Source of the DNA: Thelocarpon superellum
Taxonomy: Eukaryota
NCBI GenBank assembly: GCA_026025795.1
Contig: JAPEUG010000104.1
Span: forward strand, 1-45,576
Reading direction: 5' to 3'
DNA length: 45,576 nt
A model generated the notes under the pieces. That model saw only the letters and a program-made list of their open reading frames with translations, was not told where the DNA came from and searched no databases. How positions within the stretch are numbered: position 1 is the first letter of the stretch; the number at the start of each line of letters is the position of its first letter. A program made the position numbers and the translations under genes. Shown here piece after piece: positions 35,542-45,576 of the stretch.

Positions 35542-37108
35542 TCAGGCCGCATCCGGCTGGCCCGGTCGTACCTCACGGCCGCTTGCTGTCGCCGTCGAGG
35601 GCTGCTCGTTGTTCCAGCTCAGATAGGTGTGATCGCCGAGTTTCCTATCGTCATCGTCGTCAGTCAGGGTTCATCCTATACGGCTTTCGTCCGGTGTAGA
35701 AATGCGTACCGCGGCTTGATGAGGTGCGTCGCGGTAAAGAGGGCGCCGAGCACGACGCAGATGCCTCCCACCACCACATATGCGATGCCCAGGAACGGAT
35801 TGCGGCCGCCGATGACGGTCCGGGTGGAGATGACGACCGACTTCGTTCCGCCGTAGATGGTCACGGGAAAGTCTGGACGTGCGTCAGGAGCAGGCAAGCA
35901 CCCACGGGGTTCTGGACAACTCACTATCTTCGATCGACAGTTGGTACCGGCCGTTCTTCATCACGTCATTGTCATTGCGCAAGGCCAACTTGCTGAAAGT
36001 GGGCAGACCGGCCGTCCGCATCCAGACTTGAAAGGCCTCGTCCTCTTGCAGGTTGGGCGGCGGGTTGGTCTCGGTGTATCCGTTGGGATATCGCACCATC
36101 CAATTGGGCGGAGGCGCGGCTTCGTACCACTTGTAGGGACTGGTCCCGTACAAGGCCTTGTCGCTGTCCCACGCGATGCCCTGATTGGACATCTGATAGG
36201 TGGCGTTGGCCGAGTGCGATCCCCCCACGTTCTGGAGTAGGGGGTTGTCGTACGTGTCGTTGAACAGGGAGTTGGCGATCAGGCCGCAGGGATAGTAGAC
36301 AAAGCCGTTCTCTTTCACACTCGCGTTCAGTTGCAGGGGATCGCAGGGACCGTTGTTTTCCGAGCTGTTGGAGACAAAGGTCCCCTTGAGCTGGTTGGAG
36401 TCGAGCGACTTGACATAACGTCGATGGTTCTGGTAGAAGTTCGACAAGCGGTAGTACAGCAAGACGGGCGGACCAATGTCGTCGGGGATCTGGAATTCGA
36501 GCGTGCAGACGTTGGTCTCCACGTCGACGCCGGGGGCATAGCTGTGGATCGTCGTGCTCTTCTTCCACGTCGCCGGGTCGAAATCGCTGTTGTTGGAGGG
36601 CTTGAAGTAGGACTGCACCTTCGAGCTGGGTATCTCCGAGAGCTCCTCGGTCGCGGTCGCAATGCAGTCCGAGTAATCGAGCACGATTTCCTGCACCTAC
36701 ACGCCACCGGGGCGGTCAGCGACATGATCCGACGCCGTCCGCCCGCACCACACTGACCTGTGCGCTCGCGTATAGGAGCAGTCCCCCGATCGGGGCAAAG
36801 ACGATGCCCACGGCGAAGAAGAGGGGAAGTACGGTTTTGGGAGTGAGGATTGGTCTGCGCGTCGCGACGTCAGTGCCTCGTGCAAGCGCGGGCTCCACTG
36901 ACGAAGCGTCACCGCACTTACTGCCACGCCTTCAATCGCTGCTGTCGGAAGGCGGTGTCTGTCGATGAGCGTCAGTCCGAGGCCCCGTCAGCGCGCCGGG
37001 GGAGAGAGGGAGGCTCGTACTGGCCGGTCGTCGGCTCTTGGCCTTCTTCCCTCCCTGCGGGTCATCGGAGTGGATCGACTCCGACGTCGTCTGCTGGATT
37101 TGTGACAT
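35542..37108 (-). CDS. CDC50: Cdc50/Lem3-family P4-ATPase (flippase) beta subunit, multi-exon
   Basis: [87 protein letters not shown] and [17 protein letters not shown] at 37108, stop TGA at 35542-35544. Confidence 0.93.
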
Positions 37109-37275
37109 GATGCCGATGTGTCGAGAGGAACGAGGAAACGTCTCGCGGGTGGGACTAGACGTGAGCCGACATGTGTTGCTGTCGGCGCGTGATGGCCTTG
37201 GGTCGTGACGTCTGAAGTCTGTATTCTGATGGCCGATGTTTGATGACTGAGTACCTCGTGGCTTCACGATGGCCG

Positions 37276-37325
37276 CGCCTATGCCTATGCCTATGCCTAC
37301 GCCTACGCCTACGCCTTCGCCTACG
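37276..37325. repeat. Degenerate hexamer repeat (GCCTAY) x ~8 upstream of CDC50
   Basis: gcctat gcctat gcctat gcctac gcctac gcctac gccttc gcctac read directly. Confidence 0.85.
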
Positions 37326-38634
37326 ACGCTGAGCCCCGGAAGTTTGGGGGCTACGAAATGCGGGCGGAACCCGGGCAATCCGGCTAGCGCCAGGTGTGGC
37401 GTTGGTAATCGTCCGCCTACATCTGGGCGTCTCTGACACTTGCTCCCGCGCGCTCAAAAGTTGTCGGACGCGCACGTCCACGTCTCTTCCCATTCGGCGG
37501 GACTCAGCGAGGAACGGCCTGCGGTCCCGGCACATTGGGCCCAATAGTGCTGAGAATTGGGACATTTCGCCATGACTGCGCATTCAGCGTTGAACGGAGT
37601 ACATCACGAGAGATTTGTTCGCTCGGATGCAACGTATTCCCAAACTCTCGTGATGCGTCAGCATAGCAAGTGAGGCGAGGAAGATAGGGGGAGATTTGTA
37701 GGAGGAGAATGTCTTGAAGTGTCTTTCACGAGAATGTTCCTTGTGCAACTTGATTCTAGCCCAGCAATCAAGAATTGAGGTCTTGATCTACACAAGGGTC
37801 AGAGCCATGACCGCATTCGCCACAATTCAAGGTCATCGTGAGAAGACCGTAGCTGGAAATGAACCAGGATGTGTTCTGGGAGGGACAGCTGCGCATTCTG
37901 GCCACATCTGAAACCCGGCCGAAACCTTTCCGTCCATCATGAAATCTACTGCCAACTATCTACTGCCGTATGATTACGTTACGTCCAGTGATAGACATTG
38001 GTGAATTCATGATTTGGATTATGAGACCCGTACATGTCAGGGTCATGGGCCGTCTGGACATACAGGACAGGCCAGGGGAACGCGGGGTCATCTCGGAGAA
38101 GGGCAGAGCAGACTCCATACAATCTGGGCGCATGCGGGGCATGGCGGGGTATCAAGGTGCAGAGGCAAGGAAGGTGGAAGGGAAAGAGAACACAAGGAGA
38201 AACGAAAGGGGGCCAGGTTGTGCCGGCCACCAGCCGGTCCGTCGAAAAGCGCCGTGCAACCAACCAGGCCCCAACCGTATCCAGCCGCCACCGTCCGACA
38301 TCCATGCAAGACCGGGTGACGCCAGTCCGTATATCCACGCTGATCTGATCCAATCGCCGCCTTCCATGCTGAATGCAAACATGCCGAAAAACCCATGGTG
38401 AACGCGAATGGTGAAGAGGAACGCGGGGAGACGGCCGAGAAGAAATAAGTGCCGGGGGAGGAGATGGACTGGACGGAAATGTGTAGGAGCCGCTCGATGC
38501 AGAGAAATGATTGTCGTCGCTATCGTAGAGGTGCAAAGGGCCGGGAGAAGGCAGTCGTCGTCGTGAAATCGTCATCGCCCAGGAGCGTCACGAGATTGCC
38601 GTGGAGAAAGGTTCGGGGAGGGGAGGGGAGAGAA

Positions 38635-39873
38635 TCACAGGAACGGGGTGAAGTGCTGGGCGTTGAACCAGCCGACCTTGTCGTAAGCCGCCCACAGTTT
38701 GCTGGCCTTGTTGACGTCAATCTTGCAGGCCTGCTGGCTGTCCGTCTTGCGAAACTCCTTGCCGATGCGCAGGGCCTCCAAGCGGCCCATGAAGATGCGG
38801 CGCTTGCTGCAGAGGTAGGTGGCACACGACAGCCGGAGGGTGGCGGCCAGATTGATCTCGGCCTCGTGGAGCAGGTGACGGTGAGGATCGTGGGTCAGGT
38901 CGAGCATCTGACCCTTCCAGTCGGCCTTGAGGATCTTGGCGTTGTTCTTCGGCAGCGTCGACGTGGACGGGGCGTAATCGGGGAGGGCGTCAAAGTCGAC
39001 GTCCTCGCGGCTGGTGCCGATGACGCGCTTGGGTGAGTGCGGCGAGCCAGCCTCGAGGGAGTGCAGCACCTTCGTCTGCGGCGTACGCTTCGGGGCACGC
39101 GGGGCACGCGAGGCCCGGGCGGCCCGGCTCGTGGGCGCAGCGCGACGGGCGGGTACGGTCGGGGCGGGCGCCAGCTTGGCCAGCGTACGGACGATGGGAC
39201 GCTTCCAGACGCGATTGGCCGCGCCAAAGCGCTCGTCGAGAAGACGTCGCTCCTGGTTCCACCACTTGCGCGGGCTCTGCGCGTATTTCTTGTTCACCAC
39301 GGGCACGCATGACAGGGCGAGCAGATACTCGTCACGGGTGGGTCGGCTGACGGAACGCTTGAAGCGGTTGTTGAGTTGCATGGCCATGTGTTGCTCCAGG
39401 AGCGCTTCGACCTGAGGATCGACCGAGGACGAGGGCGTGGGCGAAGCCTCCGGCGCGGGAAACAGGGGCTGCGCGTTCGAGATCGAGAAGACGGCGCCCG
39501 CATCGTGCGGGAAGAGCAGCGGATCGCGCAGGGCGCTGCCGCCGTCGGTGCCGTCCGTGGACCCATCGGGGCCGGGCTCGGAGTAGGACTTCACTTCGTG
39601 TTGGAGCAAGCGGGTGGCCGGGGTGACAGGTGGCGAGGGAAGTTTGGCCATGCCTTCGCTGGGATGCATGTCGGCGATGGTTGGTAGGGTGAGATGCGGA
39701 TCACGCAGGTGACGTTCGGCAGCGACGACTCCCAGGGTCGAGACGGTGGCAGTGCTTGAGGAAGAGGAGGTGCTGTTGGTACGCTGACTGCGGAAGCTAT
39801 CGTGACCTTTGGTGTCGGGAGGAGAGAGGAGGTGGGACAGGTCCATGATGTGGCGATGGTGGGGGTCGGCCAT
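38635..39873 (-). CDS. SWIRM-domain protein, Fun19-like, single exon
   Basis: DFDALPDYAP, LKADWKGQMLDLTHDPHRHLLHEAEINLAATLRLSCATYLCSKRRIF and FRKTDSQQACKIDVNKASKLWAAYDKVGWF. ATGs at 39873 and 39846; the ORF-track start at 39969 is a TTG. Confidence 0.88.
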   Translation of the reverse strand: MADPHHRHIMDLSHLLSPPDTKGHDSFRSQRTNSTSSSSSTATVSTLGVVAAERHLRDPHLTLPTIADMHPSEGMAKLPSPPVTPATRLLQHEVKSYSEPGPDGSTDGTDGGSALRDPLLFPHDAGAVFSISNAQPLFPAPEASPTPSSSVDPQVEALLEQHMAMQLNNRFKRSVSRPTRDEYLLALSCVPVVNKKYAQSPRKWWNQERRLLDERFGAANRVWKRPIVRTLAKLAPAPTVPARRAAPTSRAARASRAPRAPKRTPQTKVLHSLEAGSPHSPKRVIGTSREDVDFDALPDYAPSTSTLPKNNAKILKADWKGQMLDLTHDPHRHLLHEAEINLAATLRLSCATYLCSKRRIFMGRLEALRIGKEFRKTDSQQACKIDVNKASKLWAAYDKVGWFNAQHFTPFL

Positions 39874-42800
39874 TGGGCTGCGCTCAATGGGCGCCGCGGA
39901 CGTTGTCAATAAGACGAGACAATCGCCGGATGAATAGAGGTGAGGGTGGTGAATGAGGAAGGAAGACAATGAAATAGGCCGGCAGGGTGGAAGTTAATGG
40001 AATGCGGGCGCTTGGGGTTTGTCAGAGGTCGGAGGCGGGGAGGATAAGTCCGAGTGGCGATAGGAGCGACGCATACGCAATTGACGAATAGCCGGGGGTT
40101 CGGGAGTGCGTCAGCACCGGTGCCGACAGGGTCGTAGTCGTATTGGTATTTGTATTTGTCGACCACGTCCACATCCACCTCCACGTCCGGCCAGCAGAGT
40201 GCAGCAGGCGCCGCGGACAGCCGGCGTGTCAAATGCGCTCGAGCACCGCGCGCTGCGGCGAGGATCAACAGCCAGCAGGGTGGCGCGGGGGGCGGCAGGA
40301 GGGAGGAGGAGCAACGGCGGAGCACTTGGACGGGTCATGTTGGGCCGCGGCGGGCAGGTGCCGGCTATATGAAGACGGGGCGCGGCGGCCAAACGACCAG
40401 ACGGCCAGACGGATAGACGGACGGGCACGCTGCGACAGGCAGGGCTGACCGGTGTTGCTCATCATCGTAGTGCTCTGGCTCGTTGGTGGAGCTGCCCCCC
40501 AGACGAAACTGGTCTGACAGGATAGGCAGCAACTGATTGGGGAAGGCGCGGGCGCTGACTGGATTCGCGTCCCCACGCCCGCACCTGTGCGCGCGACCCA
40601 CCAACGACCACGGATGATCAGGTCGGGCGCGCACGAGATCAGGGTGCAAGGTTTGCCCGTCGCAGCCCACTGGCACCGCTGCCGGGGGAGGGGGGGTGGG
40701 GAGTCAATGGTAAGAGAGGTAAGCGCCGTGCGCATTGTCGTCCCCCTGGGGGCCCTGGCCCGGGGCAGTGAATGGGGTGGGCGAGGCCGAGGGCGGAGTG
40801 TGAATGACCTTTCCCAACCGCGGGGGTGGCCGGGCGGAGAATTGCCTACTTGCCCGCTTCATCGGCCTCGCCCATGGGCCACCACCCCCCCCCGGGGTGG
40901 CTCGCGTGAAGGGAAGGGCGGTCTCGAAAGCGGCCGAGGGCGCGCCATCGACCGAAGGGGATCGGGCGCACCTTCCATCGCCCTCGGCGGTGGTGGCGCC
41001 GGGGGTGGGTGGATGGAGGCCTGAGAGAAAAGCCGACCGCAGGTCGCCGAGGGCAACAATCAATGCCACGGCGACCGCGACGGCCAAGGCGGACGGTCTG
41101 TGTGGGTTGAGTGCCGTCTGAGTCAGAGGGCGCCGTGGCCAGAGAGCTTGGGCGCTCGCTTGCTCGTTCCTGCGGTGCTAATTGTGGTACTCGCCACCCA
41201 TACAATTGACTCTTACAACGACTCGTACCGACTCATACTCGTACTGGCCCTCGTACGGACACTCGTACTACGGTGTGCGCAATATGGTGATGCCTGCTCG
41301 GCTCCGGGCGGTTTAGCTAAGCTGCATCGCGACCCCGCCGACCGCCATTATTGGTCAATTCGCACTGCCCCTTCCTCGGTATCGGCCAGATCCGCGAGAC
41401 AGCCCAAGCTGACTGGGTCTACGCATCCCACCATCAAGCATTGACGAAACCCACGCTCACTAATGTGCATCATCATCCTCCATGATGCTCGAGCGATTCC
41501 ATGGCATGGTGTCGGGCAGCATCATCTGAACGGCCAATCTCGTCAATGTTTCACTTGACCCGGTCACGAGCCCCATGCCCCCCTCCTTCGGCGATGGATG
41601 TCACGCCGGTCCCTTCCTCGGCGTACTTCTACACCTACCTCTGCCCACACCCATCCGGCCAAGTTCCCGTGCCGTCGGCGTAGGCAACATGCCCATGGGC
41701 AGGCTACCACGGCGGGCAGGCGTCGACGCCGTCTCATCGTCGATAGCAGGTACTTCAGCGCCACACGTGCGCTCCTCCGTCGTCGGTACCCTCGCCCACC
41801 CTCGTCGCCATGGTCCACACGCGCCGCCATCAGGATCGTCATCTGCTCCGGCTCGTAATCTGAAAGCTTCTCGCACTCCACTCCGGGCCCCTCGGGGGAC
41901 CCCCACTTCCATTGGCTTCACCGTGGTGGACGGAGGCCTGTTTGGCGTGGCTGCTGCTGCTGTTGGGCGATAGACATGGAGCTGTAGCGCTGGCGTCGTG
42001 CCGGACTGAGAGGATGAGACGACCTTCCGCCTGGACGCTTGTCTGTCGTGTCGGAGTAGTCCCGCATCACGTCTGGGCGCATCAAGGCACGGCTCCGGGG
42101 AAGATGCGGCGCCCACGGACCAGCCAGCCATCGATCGTGGATTGCCCCGCCATCTGGAACATCCCTGGTAATCTTCCGTAACTCAATTGCATGCGTCGAC
42201 GACGACGCCGGATAGGCCGATAGTCAACCTTATTGACGCGTTCGACTGATCGGCGCGATCGCGGTGGCCCTTCGCGGTCGCGGTCGCCGTCGCTATGAAC
42301 GGTCAGGTATCAGCTGGCAGGGCGATGGTGGCGGAGTGGCTCGTCTGGTAGCGGTCCGGCGCCGGACGCCACATGACCCTCGCCACCCCGCGGACGGTGT
42401 CAAGTGCGCGACCAATCACGACGCGGCCACGCGTCGCATCTGGCTCGTTTCATACCCGGCTCATGAGGGCGGACTTGACTGGCTGCACACCCTCCGTACC
42501 TACCCTAGAGGCGCGCTGGTCTGGTCCTGTCGTCAGCCGACATGGATGCGTGGGCGGATGGCGTGCACGCCGGGCCTCGGCGGCTCCATCATGTCTTGTG
42601 ATGGGTGCTGCCCATCGGCCGTCGCTTTCACATGTGCGCCGTGATCCAGGCGAGTCAGTCCAGTGCACGGGAGCGTAGCGAAAGTCAATGCTGGCGGGAG
42701 CCCGTCCGTCTCTGCTCCAGCTGGTGCTGGGCTTGCTTCTGGGGCTCATTTCTGGATGTCGCGATCGGCCCTTCGGGCTCTTTGGGCCTTGTGCCTTGGG

Positions 42801-45576
42801 CCATGCTGTGGGGGTGGCCCCTGCTTCTCCATGTGCAATGTACCAAACAATCCCGTAGCTCGCCCCCTGTCCACGCTGCCGTACCGCACCTGCCTCGCGC
42901 GTCGGTTGGATCGCCGGGTCGGCTGCCTTATCCCCCAGCTTTGTCGGCCAAGGCTTATCCGGCCGACCAAGCTCTCGAGGCAAGCGTCATGCCGTCATTA
43001 TTTGACATCTCGTCAATCGAACGAGATGTTACGAGGGAGTGAGTGACACGCTCACCATGACTCACCTTGCACCGGTAAAGCGCGCGTTGGGCGGCAGTTT
43101 TGGCCGCGGCACGTACTCGTATGCACACTCGCAGTATGGGTTGGGTACGCGTTAAGAACGAGCAATGCCCCATTGCTCCCACGCTTCCATTGCATTGCCC
43201 CCCAGCGACATGTTTGCATGGTCGTCCTCGTAATCGTACTCGTACTCCTCCACCGACAGAATTCGCCCCACCGCGTTCCCATAACGGATCTATTTCTAAT
43301 GACGCAGACCGCTTAGTCCTTCAATTGACAGGGTCGGAAAAGGTTCTAAGAGATCGTGCATGAATGGACGCCGGTCGGGCGGCGATTTGGCCGCGGCGGG
43401 CCCCCGTCTGCCGGTGCGCCGAGCCCCGCCAGTCAGCCAGCCTTACGCAGCCCCGCCAATAATGATGGAGGCTATCACTACGTTAGTAGGGCGTGGATGC
43501 GGCGAGGCTCCCTGGTAAGCCATCCGCCAGGTGCAATCATCGCTGGCGCTCAGGGTCGGAAGTGATGCCAAGGCCCTGGTAGCCGCATGAGAGGTTCAGA
43601 GACAGAGGGACAGACTCATGCTTCCGTCAGGCAGACAGACAGGCAGCCGTCAATGTGCGCAGCGCATGTGTCCGTAGGCCTCACCGACGAATGCCGGCCA
43701 CCCAATCACTAAGTCCTGTCGCGTGCCTGCATAACATGCTAAGCTCGTAGTCTGCTTCGCATGCCTCCAGCTCCGGCTGGTTTCTTTTTGGGCAGCCTTC
43801 CGTGCCGCTATGCAGCCGGCATCATGCTGGTCGCTCTAATTCAATGTGCCTCATGGCTCATGGGTCTCCACGACGACGTTCTACGTCGATAGGCAGCCAT
43901 CGGCCAAGCACCGGATCTAGGTTCTGGCCAGACCCTGGCGGCGTTTTGGTTGGTCAATCGCAAACCATTCGTGTTGAGGTTTGAGCCTCCCTCTCTTCCA
44001 TTCTCCACCCTTGCACAGAGTACATCTTCCTTTGACTCCCTTGTCTGCCACGCCTCACGTAGCTCAGGCCACCCTGCGTTTCGTTACACAGCGCGGAAAC
44101 ACGGGTCAATTGGCTACTCGGCTCATTCAGCTCTTCATCTTACCCCGGGTAGCAGAAGACCTAGGTGACGGCCTGGATAAGATGTCGTGCAGAGTCAAGT
44201 GGCAGTAATCGTAATTGGTGTCTTAGTCCGAGAAGGGAGATTTACGAGGGACGCGATGTTCGTACTGTCTAGAAGACATGCCATGAATTGGACGAGAGCG
44301 CTGCAATTGCGTAGATGTTAAGACAGCATCGTTGAGACAGGCACTCCCCCGTCACCGAGCCTCAACATCGGCGCCAAGCTCTAGCGAACAAACGCAGCTG
44401 AATCCACGACAAGGGCCGGTCAGAAAGATAATACGAAGAATAGCTAGATGGCTTGAGGCGCAGCGCTCCATATTCACTTTGTCCCATATTTCGCGCCAAA
44501 GCGCCCCCTCTCCCTGGTTGAAGGAAGGCTGGCAGCGACGAGAGAGTTGGATGCAGGTAGGGAAGTAGGGAAGTCTGAGCCGGCACGCGGCTTCGCGCAG
44601 TGCCGTCCCCACATTGGAGGTTGGCGTGTCGCACAATACGCCCTACCACACGTCGCACGTCATGCCATAGGAACAGTAGAACAAATCACTCGGCTCAGCC
44701 TCAACTGTGGGAAGGGGGTTTAGGGCACCGGGGACCTTCAAGCAAAAGCAAGCAGGCTGCAGGTAAACCTAATTGACGGAGCTCAGTCTGTCAACGCCGA
44801 TTGGTTCCCTCACCAGGCACCATTCTGGCCCGCACCTCGTCGCAATTGGCGCCAAGAGCTCACCACGATAAGTACAGGTACTTCATACGAGTTGTTTGGA
44901 CCATGACTGCCGGTACTGTTATTTGACACCATGACAGTTGATACCGTAGTATGGTACCGCTTAGCGCGTTGTTAGTTAGGCAGGACAGACGCCCTGTCAG
45001 AGTCATCACTCAGCAAACACGAAGTATGGCGCTCGTACTCGTATGTTACTTCCACGACCTTTGGCACGTCTGACTCGACCACGCGTGCATTCATAGTATG
45101 AGTCGTCACCGCCGGAGTGGCCACATCGATGACACAACGACACCGACTACGACCAGGACAATTGGCGACGATGCGCATCGTTAGGCAGTGATCAAATAGC
45201 AACCACGTGGCTCGATCTTGCCACTCTGTCCCACAGTCCAAAAGCGATCGAATCAAAGATGGCGGATGACGAGTCATGCACATGCATCTGCTCAATTACC
45301 ATGCTCTACGTGCTGTGGAGGCTCCATACGGGAGCTTGAGGCTTCTGAGTAAGCCGGCTCACGTGACCCACAATAGCTGTATATTAGAACGGCGGATAGC
45401 TTCCGTAGCTGAAACCACCCATCTTCCGTGGAATAACCGGGGTGCGTCAGTGCCGATGCGACGGAGGAGTGAGTGGGGCGTTGCGGGCGTGGCGCTGGCC
45501 TCGCCCCAGACCTAGCCTCGCTGCTTCCACGTCGGCGGGCAGTCGGGCGGGCTTGGGTTGGAAGGAACCGACCGGT

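Noticed and set aside
44714..44726. GGGTTTAGGG as a telomeric remnant
   Set aside because: It is a single imperfect unit, compatible with chance.

Overview
High-GC, intron-containing genomic DNA from a filamentous ascomycete (Pezizomycotina; inferred from the gene families and the short GT-AG introns with CTRAC-like branch sites). The left end carries two decayed genes: a cyclase/kynurenine-formamidase-like gene and a DEDDy 3'-5' exonuclease. These are followed by 15 apparently intact genes: TRAPPII subunit Trs130, delta-12 fatty-acid desaturase, an LtrA-family membrane protein, adenylate kinase, proteasome Rpn8, a Sws1/ZSWIM7-like SWIM protein, a secreted class-3 lipase, a divergent USP deubiquitinase, a Trm9-like tRNA methyltransferase, a two-repeat Myb factor, tubulin cofactor B, CENP-C/Mif2, RNase H2A, Cdc50/Lem3 and a Fun19-like SWIRM protein. 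The last ~5.7 kb contain no recognisable gene. I found no tRNA, rRNA, CRISPR array, transposase or biosynthetic cluster. The most interesting observations are a probable near-cognate (CUG/ACG) start with an in-frame uORF in the Myb gene, a short CENP-C whose CENP-A-binding motif has YL instead of YW, convergent TRM9/Myb stop codons 18 bp apart, a perfect 17-bp minisatellite, and the pseudogene pair. All calls come from reading motifs by eye; no searches were run.
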